From contig OZ241362.1 of assembly GCA_965200315.1 (NCBI GenBank), positions 1,472,001 to 1,536,000 on the forward strand: 64,000 nt of DNA, read 5' to 3'. The position numbers and the translations under genes were made by a program. The stretch's first letter is position 1; each line of letters begins with the position of its first letter. The notes beneath the pieces are model-generated. The model did not search any database and was not told the origin of the DNA. It saw only the letters and a list, made by a program, of their open reading frames with translations. Below are positions 9,732 through 18,675 of this stretch, one piece after another. Origin of the DNA: Candidatus Latescibacterota bacterium (lineage in GTDB: Bacteria; Latescibacterota; UBA2968; UBA8231).

Positions 9732-10517
9732 TCACCCGCGCTCGGCCGGGATCTGGCACAGCAATTCGCTCCAAGCCGCGCCCAGATTCATCACGTCCCC
9801 GCCGCAGATTACCAAATCGCAGCCCGCGTCCATCGCGGCCGTAAGCAGTGGCCCCGGCAAGGTGAAGATGCCGCTCAGCTTGCCGGCGGCCCGCGCCTTG
9901 GCCAAGCACGAGAGCACGGCCTCGCGCAGCTTTGGATCGCCCATCTGGCCGGTGCAGCCCATATCGACCGCTAGGTCCCCCGGCCCCATGAAGATACCAG
10001 AGAGGCCCTCCACGGCGACTATTTCATCGACATTCGCCACGGCCTCCATGGTCTCGATCTGGGCAAAGAGGTGGGTACGCGCATTGGCACGGGCTAGGAC
10101 AGCGGGCAGGTCTTCCATGCCAAAACCCATGCCGCGCGTACGCACATTGAAGCCGCGTCGGCCCAACGGCGGGTACTTGCCCACCTCGACGATGCGGTGC
10201 GCATAGGCCGCATCGTCCACCATGGGGACGAGAATGATCCGCGCTCCGATTTCGAGTGCCCGCAGCACGTGGTGGCGCTCGCCATCGGGCAGGCGAATGA
10301 GCGGAAAAACGCCGCCGGCCTCCGCGGCCAAGCACAAGGTCTCGGCCCGCTCAAAGCCGACCGGGCCGTGTTCGCTTTCGATCCACACCGCTTCAAAACC
10401 GACCTGCGCCGCCAGCGAGACGAGCAGGGGCGAGGCGCTGTTGACGGTAACGCCGCGGATCCGGCGCGGCCGCCCAGCCTGATCTAAGAATACATCGTCG
10501 GTGATTTTTAAGGTCAT
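9732..10517 (-). CDS. HpcH/HpaI aldolase family protein
   Basis: WIESEHG, KYPPLGRRG, AQIET, FMGPGDL. Confidence 0.9.
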   Translation of the reverse strand: MTLKITDDVFLDQAGRPRRIRGVTVNSASPLLVSLAAQVGFEAVWIESEHGPVGFERAETLCLAAEAGGVFPLIRLPDGERHHVLRALEIGARIILVPMVDDAAYAHRIVEVGKYPPLGRRGFNVRTRGMGFGMEDLPAVLARANARTHLFAQIETMEAVANVDEIVAVEGLSGIFMGPGDLAVDMGCTGQMGDPKLREAVLSCLAKARAAGKLSGIFTLPGPLLTAAMDAGCDLVICGGDVMNLGAAWSELLCQIPAERG

Positions 10518-10559
10518 GGGAGTCGTTTCTCTTGTTTGAAGTTAGTGGAGATTGTGCAT

Positions 10560-10589
10560 CATCTGCGCCCATCTGCGTCCATCTGCGGA
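10560..10589 (+). repeat. 10-bp tandem repeat x3 (CATCTGCGNN)
   Basis: CATCTGCGCC CATCTGCGTC CATCTGCGGA; a related two-unit copy lies near 6780-6797. Confidence 0.7.
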
Positions 10590-10595
10590 TCCTCT

Positions 10596-10620
10596 TGTGA
10601 ATGATATAGGATTGCTATAG
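10596..10620 (-). repeat. MITE-like terminal repeat, right copy
   Basis: Reverse complement is CTATAGCAATCCTATATCATTCACA, matching 3945-3969. Confidence 0.55.
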
Positions 10621-10626
10621 GAGAAC

Positions 10627-10665
10627 AAAAAAGACCCCCGTGCCGGAGAAGTTGGCGCGGGGGTT
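10627..10665 (-). terminator. Rho-independent terminator downstream of the TA pair
   Basis: Minus-strand stem ACCCCCGCGCC/GGCACGGGGGT followed by a U-tract. Confidence 0.65.
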
Positions 10666-10748
10666 GCCTGTGGAGATCTCAGCCATTGTCAGTGAACGAT
10701 TTTATGATTACATGAACCACAACCGTGCCGATTAAATCTGTTCCCTTG

Positions 10749-10967
10749 CTATGCACTGGTCATTTCAACCTCGCTAGGGAGTTTACTGACAATCAGTTTT
10801 TCCATCTCGACTTTGTTGCTGGCATTATCAATGTCAATACCAACAAGCCTATCGTCGGCATCGTAATCGAGAATGACACCTTCCGAGATTTCCCGACTCT
10901 CTGCGCTAGACTGTTCGGACAAGTCAATGTACAGTGAGTCCGTTTCCGGGTAGTAGTTGAGCTTCAT
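10749..10967 (-). CDS. DUF2283 family protein (putative antitoxin)
   Basis: MKLNYYPETDSLYIDL...GVILDYD...LVGIDI, 72 aa and acidic. Confidence 0.85.
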   Translation of the reverse strand: MKLNYYPETDSLYIDLSEQSSAESREISEGVILDYDADDRLVGIDIDNASNKVEMEKLIVSKLPSEVEMTSA

Positions 10968-11206
10968 GGCTTGAATCCTCGATCTGGAAAAGCGTTGTGA
11001 ATAGTCGTCTTATCGTCGAGCGTAATGACTCTTAGATAGCGACCCCCGAATTCGGGAATTGCGGCCCAAAAACAGAATCTGTTATGTTCCTGTGGCTCTG
11101 AACGAACAGCGTTCTCAATGACATAGATGCACCATTCTTTCTTCAAATAAGACCGCTTACGCAGGACTTGCTGCTCAAAATACTCTGTAAACCCATACTC
11201 AGCCAT
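10964..11206 (-). CDS. DUF4258/RelE-like putative toxin
   Basis: 80 aa with GRYLRVI...IHNAFPDR; ATGA overlap with the DUF2283 gene. Confidence 0.7.
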   Translation of the reverse strand: MAEYGFTEYFEQQVLRKRSYLKKEWCIYVIENAVRSEPQEHNRFCFWAAIPEFGGRYLRVITLDDKTTIHNAFPDRGFKP

Positions 11207-11278
11207 TCACTAACAAATAACGGATACTGAACAAATGTCAAGTTTTCGGGCTTTTCCCACTCCAAAGGAGGCCATATT

Positions 11279-11980
11279 GTGACACCACTAGACTACGGAC
11301 GATCATTTGTAATCGGCAACGGCCCGGACAACGAGGTGCGGTTTTGGGTCGAGTCGCGGACGCGCATCATCGACGAAGCCTCCGGCCAGAGCGAGGACTA
11401 CGTGCAGGTGGGGTCGTGCAAGAGCGAGCACACCTTTGCCAAAGAAAACCTCCTGCACGAGGACAACTACGACTTCCTGCCCGTGTTCGGCCCGGAGTGG
11501 TCAGTCGTCTATCGGCGGCACGCCTACCTACGCGACAGCTATCGGGAGATCCGCCGCTCAGCCGAGTGGTGGAACGGGCAACAGTACCATCTGATTGCCG
11601 GAAGCGATGTGGAGGAACTCACCAGCGCTGCGGCGGTGCGCGAGGCGACCTACGACTCGGTGCCAATCGCAGCGCAAACCCAAGTGCGGAACGAGGAAAC
11701 CGGGTTGCAGGCGATCATGGAATACCCGGTCAAGACCATGAACACCAACCGCGCCAACGATATCTACCAAGTTGACACCGGCCCGGTGGCCTTCCCAGAC
11801 CTGAGCCAGCGCCGCGCCCGCCACGTCGATTCTCTATCCCTCGCCTTTGTGGTCTTCAATGCGCCGCACTTTGCCGACTTCGTCCTTGAAGCGCCGACCC
11901 GCGTAGGCGACGAGCAGGTGTATCACTATTCAAAACTGGTATCTCTAGTAGCAGCAAACAGGCTCTACGCAGTGCGATAG
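11279..11980 (+). CDS. hypothetical protein
   Basis: 233-aa ORF with GGAGG RBS and host-like codon usage; no motif recognised. Confidence 0.8.
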   Translation: MTPLDYGRSFVIGNGPDNEVRFWVESRTRIIDEASGQSEDYVQVGSCKSEHTFAKENLLHEDNYDFLPVFGPEWSVVYRRHAYLRDSYREIRRSAEWWNGQQYHLIAGSDVEELTSAAAVREATYDSVPIAAQTQVRNEETGLQAIMEYPVKTMNTNRANDIYQVDTGPVAFPDLSQRRARHVDSLSLAFVVFNAPHFADFVLEAPTRVGDEQVYHYSKLVSLVAANRLYAVR

Positions 11981-12107
11981 TAGAAGCGATTTGGAAACGT
12001 TGCCAAAGAGACTGATAACCAACCACTAACCACTGGCTAGACCATGCGTAACACCACTTATTTCACCTTGGTCTATTGCGTAAATGTGTCGTATCAAAGG
12101 AGGCATC

Positions 12108-13094
12108 ATGTACAGAGTAGGAGTCATCGGCTGTAGGGGCATTGGCAATCGGCACGCCCGAGGGGCCGAGAGTATAGCAAACGCCGAGGTCGTGGCTGGT
12201 TGCGACCTCGTGCCAGAGCAACGCGACGAATTTGCCGCGCAGTTCAAAGGGGCTAGTCCTGAGCTGAAGATGTACGCCGATTACCAAAGGATGCTGGAAG
12301 AGGCACAGCTCGACATCGTCACGGTGGCCACCGGCGACAACCGGCACGCCGACTTGGTGGTGGCCGCGGCCGAAGCTGGTGCCAAGGGGATTTTCTGCGA
12401 AAAACCGCTGGCCACCAGCGTGGAGGACGCCGACCGCATGGTGGCTGCCGCAGAACGCCACAACGCCTTGCTGTCGGTTGACCACACCCGCCACTGGTTT
12501 CCCGTCTGGCATCGCTGCCAAGAGCTGGTGGCCGGCGGCGAGATTGGCGACGTGAGAGCGGTCTTGTGCGAGCACTACGGCACGCGGTCCATGCTGTTCC
12601 GCAACGGCACTCACCTGCTCGACGCCATCATGTGGTACGCCGGCAGCAATCCAGAGTGGCTCGTCGCCGAGTTGGAGGACGGGTACGAAGACTACAGAGA
12701 ATATCGCGGCGACGGCGGACACGACCCCACCACCGAGCCGAGCGCCAACGCCTACATCCACTTTGCCAACGGCGTACGCGGGATATACCTCGGAGAAAAA
12801 CAGACTCCCAACCGACTCGACTTCACAGTGTCGGGCACCACGGGGAGCATTTTCATCGAGCGGGAAGGCGACGCCTACATCGAGCGAGACGGAGAGCGGG
12901 AGTTGGTTGAACCGCGCCCGTGGGAAGTCGAAGGAATCGAAGCGGGCATGCACGAGCTCGTGCGGGCGCTCGACGGTGAAGACGAGTTGTCGTGTACCGG
13001 CCGAGATGGTCTGACCGTTGTGGAGATGATGATCGCCTGCCTGCAATCGCAGCAGCACAACAACGCCAAAATCGCGCTGCCGTTGCCCCGGTAG
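12108..13094 (+). CDS. Gfo/Idh/MocA family oxidoreductase
   Basis: VIGCRGIG, IFCEKPLA, GTHLLD; ATG 12108 after AGGAGG. Confidence 0.9.
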   Translation: MYRVGVIGCRGIGNRHARGAESIANAEVVAGCDLVPEQRDEFAAQFKGASPELKMYADYQRMLEEAQLDIVTVATGDNRHADLVVAAAEAGAKGIFCEKPLATSVEDADRMVAAAERHNALLSVDHTRHWFPVWHRCQELVAGGEIGDVRAVLCEHYGTRSMLFRNGTHLLDAIMWYAGSNPEWLVAELEDGYEDYREYRGDGGHDPTTEPSANAYIHFANGVRGIYLGEKQTPNRLDFTVSGTTGSIFIEREGDAYIERDGERELVEPRPWEVEGIEAGMHELVRALDGEDELSCTGRDGLTVVEMMIACLQSQQHNNAKIALPLPR

Positions 13095-13127
13095 GGACGG
13101 GAGAGAGCGGTTTGCCGAATCCACGTA

Positions 13128-13943
13128 TTAAGCGTAGGGCCAAAACTGATTCCACGCGGTCAACCAGTCTTCTGCGCGGCTTTCAACCGAGAGCGGCCCC
13201 GTTATCTCAACCCCGGTACGTCCCTTGAATTCGGCGAGCTGATCCACGCTGGCGAGTTCAATTTGAATAGTCGTTGGCTTTGCCGGGACATAAGGCTTGG
13301 TCCGGGTCAGATCGGCGAGTGCGTTTCTAGCCGCGTCTTCGATCAACTCGCGGGCGCGGACCGGCGGTAGTTGGCGGGCACTAAACCGACTCAATCCCTT
13401 TTTAACGGCCACGGTTGGCAGCAATTCGCCGAGAAGAGCTTTGGCTTCGCGGCAGACGGCCTCATCGCCAGTGACGAGGGCAATCGGCACCCCGTAGTGC
13501 CCGTTGAGCGCGGCGTTGATGCCGGTTTCGCCGACGAGATCGTCGTTGAACCAGAGGTTTCTATACTGGACGCTGGAGATGGTGTGGCACAGCACCCCGT
13601 CGGGTGTTCCATTGCGGGCGTGCATGCCGATCAGCAGGCAGGCATCGCACCCTTGCTCCCACAGCTCGTCGTAGCGACCCCACTCGTGATGGGCGACCCA
13701 TTCGCAATCGGGATCAATTTTGTCGGGGATGAGCGAATTAAAGCTCCATCCTTTGCCCGCACCGTGGCAATCGACCACGACAATTTCCGTCGCGCCAGCG
13801 GCTTTGGCCCCGCGCACGGCCGCGTTGATTTCCTCCGTATAGAGCTGTCGGCCCTCTTCAAACATCGCGGCACCACCACTGACCTGCTCCCACACCACAA
13901 TGCCGCTTACCCCCTCCATGTCGGACATAATCAACACGCGCAT
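13128..13943 (-). CDS. dppA: M55 family D-aminopeptidase
   Basis: SDMEGVSG, DCHG, IGMHA, LCHT, GETGINA. Confidence 0.88.
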   Translation of the reverse strand: MRVLIMSDMEGVSGIVVWEQVSGGAAMFEEGRQLYTEEINAAVRGAKAAGATEIVVVDCHGAGKGWSFNSLIPDKIDPDCEWVAHHEWGRYDELWEQGCDACLLIGMHARNGTPDGVLCHTISSVQYRNLWFNDDLVGETGINAALNGHYGVPIALVTGDEAVCREAKALLGELLPTVAVKKGLSRFSARQLPPVRARELIEDAARNALADLTRTKPYVPAKPTTIQIELASVDQLAEFKGRTGVEITGPLSVESRAEDWLTAWNQFWPYA

Positions 13944-14106
13944 TATTTCGTCTCCTTTTATCGTCGGAATGTGGATTGCAACCGTTTGGCAGGTTGCGAA
14001 ATTTTGCGTAGATCAGGCGGCCAACTTCAGCAACAGCCCTTCACTTCCCGAGCAGAAGGTGCCTGACGGCGAATGAATTCGTAAAACAGCGCACCGGCCG
14101 CAGCCC

Positions 14107-14862
14107 CTAGATCTGCGGCTGGCGGAAGACCGCGCTGGCCAAGGCCGTTCCCTCGCGTCCGTTGATCATCTCGATAGGGACCTGCATCATCGGATAGAGG
14201 AGACGTTCCCCTTCCATCCACGGCCGGCGCAAAAGCACCATCAGGCTAATCGACACTAAGTAGAGAGCGAGGAGGAAAACAGACCAATAGCCCAACGCCT
14301 CCAACCAGCCTTGCCAAGGCACCGACATCCCCTTGGGCAGGCCCTCGTAGAAACCTTGGATCAACGGACCATCGCTGGGGGCGATCCAAGCGGGAACATA
14401 GGGCTGGATCAGTTCGCCCCAATTGTTTTCGGGAGTGGCATAGTAAAAGACCCCCGTGATCATGGGCAGCAAGTGCTCGACCAAACCAAAGGTGGGAATC
14501 GAGGCCGACACCATCATCATGGCGTAAATCAGCACCAACTCCTCCCGCCTCAGCGCCAAATTGCGGGCCAAGGTTCCCACCAAGATATTACCCAACACCA
14601 AGTAGAAGAACAGAAAGAGCGCGACGGGATTGCTAAAGCACCAAGCCATGAAGGTGCCCTGGATGATGGCGTTGGCGTAGATGGTGCCGACGCCAATGAG
14701 CAGGCACAACAAGGCCCCCAACAAAAAGGCCCGAATGGAAAGGGACTGGCTCTCCGGGGCCGGAGTCTCCTCCAAGTTGGCTCGTCTGATAAAAGTCTCG
14801 GCCATCCGCTCCCACCTCGCCTGTCGAGCACCCGACTCGCTATGAGGGTCTCTAGGCGTCAC
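14107..14862 (-). pseudogene. DUF6785-type membrane protein, C-terminally truncated
   Basis: ELVLIYAMM, FYYATPENNW, VPW..W, RRPWMEGERLLYP; stops after about 250 aa with no WWPLHP C-terminal part. Confidence 0.6.
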
Positions 14863-14878
14863 GAATTTGCGGCCAATG

Positions 14879-15709
14879 CTAGCAGAAAGCGCGGTACGCT
14901 TCCACCAGCTTGGTTGCCCCCTCCAAAATCAGGTTGCGCTCGTCCTCAGCCTCAAAAAACAAGGCCCCCTGTTCCACCCAGCGCCGGGCCGCCTCTGGCC
15001 CTGAGGCTGTGGTCCCGAACGGAATTCCGTGCTTTTTGCACAATTGCAGGATCTCTTCCATCGGGCCGCGCACATCCGGGTGGTCCGGCTGCCCCGGCTG
15101 CCCCATTTCCACGGAAAAATCGCCCGGCCCGACATAGACCATGTCCACCCCCGGCGTCGAGACGATTTCCTCGGCCCGCTCGTAAGCCCGCCGCGTCTCT
15201 AGGTGTACCACTAGGGATATTTCCGCGTCTTGGGCCGCCATCCACGCTCGGTGATCTGTGACCTTGCAATAGTCGCTGTTGCCGTATCCCGGCGCGGCGG
15301 CGCGGGTGCCCAAGGGCGGGAACTTGAGATAGCTGTGCAAAGCCTCGATGTCCGCTCGCGATTCCGTGCGCGGAAGCTGTAGCCCCACCACGCCGCACTC
15401 CAACAGCTTGGCCACTGCGGCTCGCTCTAGCTGCGGGGTTTTGGCAATGACCGGCAGGCCGTTGTCGCGCGCGGCCTGCACGGTATCGGCTAGCGAGGTT
15501 AAATCGAAATAGCCGTGCTCAAATTCGATGTAGATAAAATCGCAGCCGGCCTGCTCGAAGCACTTGACCAGCGACGGCCGCACATACTCGGCAATCATGC
15601 CACCCACCAACACCTCCCCGGCCCGCAAACGGGCCTTGAGCTGGCGGCCGGGGCCTCCTTCGGGATAGAGGTAGCTATTGAGTGGTTTGTCGGCGACAGG
15701 TTTGGGCAT
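14879..15709 (-). CDS. HpcH/HpaI aldolase family protein
   Basis: YIEFEHG, KFPPLGTR, HLET, YVGPGDF. Confidence 0.9.
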   Translation of the reverse strand: MPKPVADKPLNSYLYPEGGPGRQLKARLRAGEVLVGGMIAEYVRPSLVKCFEQAGCDFIYIEFEHGYFDLTSLADTVQAARDNGLPVIAKTPQLERAAVAKLLECGVVGLQLPRTESRADIEALHSYLKFPPLGTRAAAPGYGNSDYCKVTDHRAWMAAQDAEISLVVHLETRRAYERAEEIVSTPGVDMVYVGPGDFSVEMGQPGQPDHPDVRGPMEEILQLCKKHGIPFGTTASGPEAARRWVEQGALFFEAEDERNLILEGATKLVEAYRAFC

Positions 15710-15749
15710 ATTCTACTTTCTCTTTCTACATTCGCACGCTGCTGCGACC

Positions 15750-16565
15750 TTAAACCGAACGATTATCTGGCGAATAGGCGCGGTTATCACCGCCTATTTG
15801 CCACGTGCCGCGAAACAAAGAGCGGCGCTTGGGCGGCATGGCCTCGATGACCTCGTGGCTGAGGTTGAGCCGATGCCATTGGGCCCACAGAGAATTGTAG
15901 CAATTGAAAACGGCACAGCGCGGATTGTCCGAGTTGCGCCAATCGTTGGCTGCATGTAGCAGGCTTTCGGTGAAGACAATAGCCGAGCCGGGCGGGCAGC
16001 TATATTGGGCCATGGCCGCCTTCATGGGTTCCTCCCAAGGAGATTCGCCGATATTGGGCCGGTTGGGGTCGGGGCCGCCGTAGTTGAAATGGGCCTTGTG
16101 AGAGCCGGAGAGAAACGTGGTGCCCCCTTGGCCGGCTTTCACTTCTTCAAGCTCCCACACCACCCGTGTCAGCCCGGAAAATATCTTGTTGCCGGCCACT
16201 TGGTAGCGCATGGCATTGGCTTGTTGCGGGGGCCTCACTACATGCGGCAGGCCCGTGCCGTTGCTGGTGCTTTTCCAGCCGACCTGCCGCACGGTGGTAA
16301 AGGAATTTTCGCAGCGGAAGCTGTAGTACTCGTCCCCAAGATACGGCTCTTCAGCGAGGATTTCAGTGAGAATGCCAACCACCGCTGGATGGTCCAAAAG
16401 TTCCTGCAAGGCACCTTGGTAGCCTTGTTTGGCACCGCCGTATACTTCGGCCTTCGTCGCTTCAATTTCCGCCTCGGACAGCACCGAGGGCAACAAGAGC
16501 CAACCTTGGAGGTCGAAAAAAAACTTCTGCTCTGCGGTCATGGGCGCGGCATTGTGCTCGCTCAT
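15750..16565 (-). CDS. PhyH-like dioxygenase with atypical metal-binding motif
   Basis: EQKFFFDLQGWLLL, GGTTFLSGSHK, FTESLLH; no HxD. Confidence 0.8.
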   Translation of the reverse strand: MSEHNAAPMTAEQKFFFDLQGWLLLPSVLSEAEIEATKAEVYGGAKQGYQGALQELLDHPAVVGILTEILAEEPYLGDEYYSFRCENSFTTVRQVGWKSTSNGTGLPHVVRPPQQANAMRYQVAGNKIFSGLTRVVWELEEVKAGQGGTTFLSGSHKAHFNYGGPDPNRPNIGESPWEEPMKAAMAQYSCPPGSAIVFTESLLHAANDWRNSDNPRCAVFNCYNSLWAQWHRLNLSHEVIEAMPPKRRSLFRGTWQIGGDNRAYSPDNRSV

Positions 16566-16586
16566 GGCGTTCTCCTTGTCGATTCG

Positions 16587-17396
16587 TTACACCTGTTTAG
16601 TCCACTCAATCGGCTCGCGGGCGATGCCCTGTTCCCGGGCCCATTCGGCCAAGCCGTTGCTCGATCCCCCCAATAGCTGCTTGCCAAGATCATCTACTTG
16701 GCTCAGCACCTCGTCGCCCGGTTGGACGAGGTTCATATTATCCCGCAGCCCTCCCATCCAGCGGTAGCTGTAGCCCAGTATGACCACCTTTGATGTGCGC
16801 TGGCTTAAATTAGGTGCCGCTGTGTGGAAGACGCGGTTCTCAAACAAAAAGGCATCACCGGCATTGAGACACAAATCCACCGCCTTCTCTGGATCGACTT
16901 GGCCTTGAGGGATGGGCAACGGCGTCGGCAGCCGATGCGATCCGGGGGCGAACATGGTAAAACCCGACTGCGGCGTGGGAAAATCCGTCAGGCAATAGCC
17001 CACTTTTATGCCGGCGCGGACGATGCCTTCGTGGCCCAAATCTTCGGTCATGCCGATGTCGCGATGCCATCCCCGCACCCCTTCCCCGGCATCGTCCTGT
17101 GGGAATTTATAGATAATCGCCGTGGTGTGCAGATGGATGTTGGGCGACAGCAACTGGACCAATAGCGGCACTGTCGAGGAATGGGTCAGCAGCGGGTGAA
17201 ACGCCTGCTCTTGTACGATACCCGGCCGCCGCTGAACATAGTATTGGTCTGCTTGGCGTCCGAATTCATCGATCATCCGGTCGCACACTGTCGTCAACTG
17301 CTCCACTTCGCGCTGCGTCAGTGCCCTTGGGACGACCAGATAGCCGTTGTCGTCAAAGAAGCGACGCTGTTGCTCCTCCAGTAGGACCAATTCCAT
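16587..17396 (-). CDS. phytanoyl-CoA dioxygenase (PhyH) family protein
   Basis: FFDDNGYLV, WHRD, PGSH, VFHT. Confidence 0.9.
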   Translation of the reverse strand: MELVLLEEQQRRFFDDNGYLVVPRALTQREVEQLTTVCDRMIDEFGRQADQYYVQRRPGIVQEQAFHPLLTHSSTVPLLVQLLSPNIHLHTTAIIYKFPQDDAGEGVRGWHRDIGMTEDLGHEGIVRAGIKVGYCLTDFPTPQSGFTMFAPGSHRLPTPLPIPQGQVDPEKAVDLCLNAGDAFLFENRVFHTAAPNLSQRTSKVVILGYSYRWMGGLRDNMNLVQPGDEVLSQVDDLGKQLLGGSSNGLAEWAREQGIAREPIEWTKQV

Positions 17397-17422
17397 TGCT
17401 CACTTACCTCGCGTTATGAGCT

Positions 17423-17884
17423 TTAGATCAACTCGGCGTCGCAACGGGAACAGTGTTCCCACGCGGGCGATTCCACCGGCTTGTCGCAATCCGGGCACAA
17501 GCCGAGGGGATGATCGTCCTCGCGGCAGCGGCGACCGTCTTTGTAGGTAATGAGGCGCCAGACCGTCTCGCCGTCCGTAGCGTAAAAAGTCCACGTCCCC
17601 TTCTTGCGCCCGTCCGAGCTCTTGCCGCGGTATTCGTTGAATTGCCCGGTCTGTTTCCGTTTGCCGTTTTCATAGTAGGCTACGTGGTCGCCAGTGAGTT
17701 TATTTTCCTCGTAGTGGTTGATGCTGGCGGGCTGGCCGTTTCTGTGGTACTCGACCCATTTGCCCGTCTTCTTGCCCATGTCGAAAGCGCCTTCGCGTCG
17801 CTTGCCGCCGTCGGCATAGTATAGCACCCAAGGGCCGTGTTTTTTGCCGCCTTTGTACTCGACGTCTTCGAGATGGCTGGCCAT
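17423..17884 (-). CDS. MORN-variant repeat (YwqK-like) protein with C-terminal zinc ribbon
   Basis: Repeated G.W..YY..G units; CPDC...CSRC tail; ATG 17884 after GGAGG. Confidence 0.75.
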   Translation of the reverse strand: MASHLEDVEYKGGKKHGPWVLYYADGGKRREGAFDMGKKTGKWVEYHRNGQPASINHYEENKLTGDHVAYYENGKRKQTGQFNEYRGKSSDGRKKGTWTFYATDGETVWRLITYKDGRRCREDDHPLGLCPDCDKPVESPAWEHCSRCDAELI

Positions 17885-17930
17885 GATTTCCTCCGTATTA
17901 ATTGGCCGATGTGTTATTCCGCGCCCCCAA

Positions 17931-18596
17931 CTAGTGTGGGTTGGCGGTAACAGCAGCGGTAGTACGAGTGTAGGCGCGGGTGCGGTCTGCACCGTCCACG
18001 CCTAGAGAAGTGAGAAAGAGACTATCACCTGCGAGCTGGTAGGTGCCGGCGAACTCCATTTGCTCTTTAGTGAGGTTGAAGAAATGGGAATAGAATGCTT
18101 CTACAGAGGCGCGGTCTTCCTCAGATATGGCTTCCCCAGCATCTTGCCCGCGGATAAAATCCTCAGCAGAAAATTCGCAGAGCCGGATCTGAATATCGCC
18201 TTCATATATGATGAATTCGTCGTACCCGATCCACAGGCTGTCGCCAGCAGTACGCCAAGTACCTATCCCGTCGTAGGCCCTAGAGTCGAAGAGGCGGCCC
18301 CGTTCTTTTAATTCCCTCAACGATTCGTCAGGGAGGTAGCTGAGGTCAGAAACCCTCACGGAATTGAGGTGGGCGGTCCCGTCCTCTCGGAAAGTCACGC
18401 GGCGGGAGGATTGGCCTGCCGCCGTGTCGTAAAAAACAGTGGCATTTTCAAAGGTCTTCTTTTTTAGGGTGTCAATCCAAGTAAAGCGGAACCCCTCAAT
18501 TCCTTCTTGACTATGTTCCCAAGTGCCCAGCAGTCCATCCTGACCAGCGGCGGGCAAGACCCAGAGCGCACAAAGGATCGCTATACGGTATAGCAT
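17931..18596 (-). CDS. hypothetical secreted protein (lipocalin-like motifs)
   Basis: Signal peptide, LLGTWE, GTW...GDSL and GTY...GDSL; AAAGGAG RBS. Confidence 0.7.
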   Translation of the reverse strand: MLYRIAILCALWVLPAAGQDGLLGTWEHSQEGIEGFRFTWIDTLKKKTFENATVFYDTAAGQSSRRVTFREDGTAHLNSVRVSDLSYLPDESLRELKERGRLFDSRAYDGIGTWRTAGDSLWIGYDEFIIYEGDIQIRLCEFSAEDFIRGQDAGEAISEEDRASVEAFYSHFFNLTKEQMEFAGTYQLAGDSLFLTSLGVDGADRTRAYTRTTAAVTANPH

Positions 18597-18675
18597 GACG
18601 GGTCTCCTTTCTAGGTGGTAAATCTACATACCCAACCCTCAGTATCAAAAACCTCCATCGCCAACATCGTCGCCC

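Noticed and set aside
12063-13124. 353-aa antisense ORF and similar long overlapping ORFs across the window
   Set aside because: Typical high-GC shadow frames opposite well-supported genes
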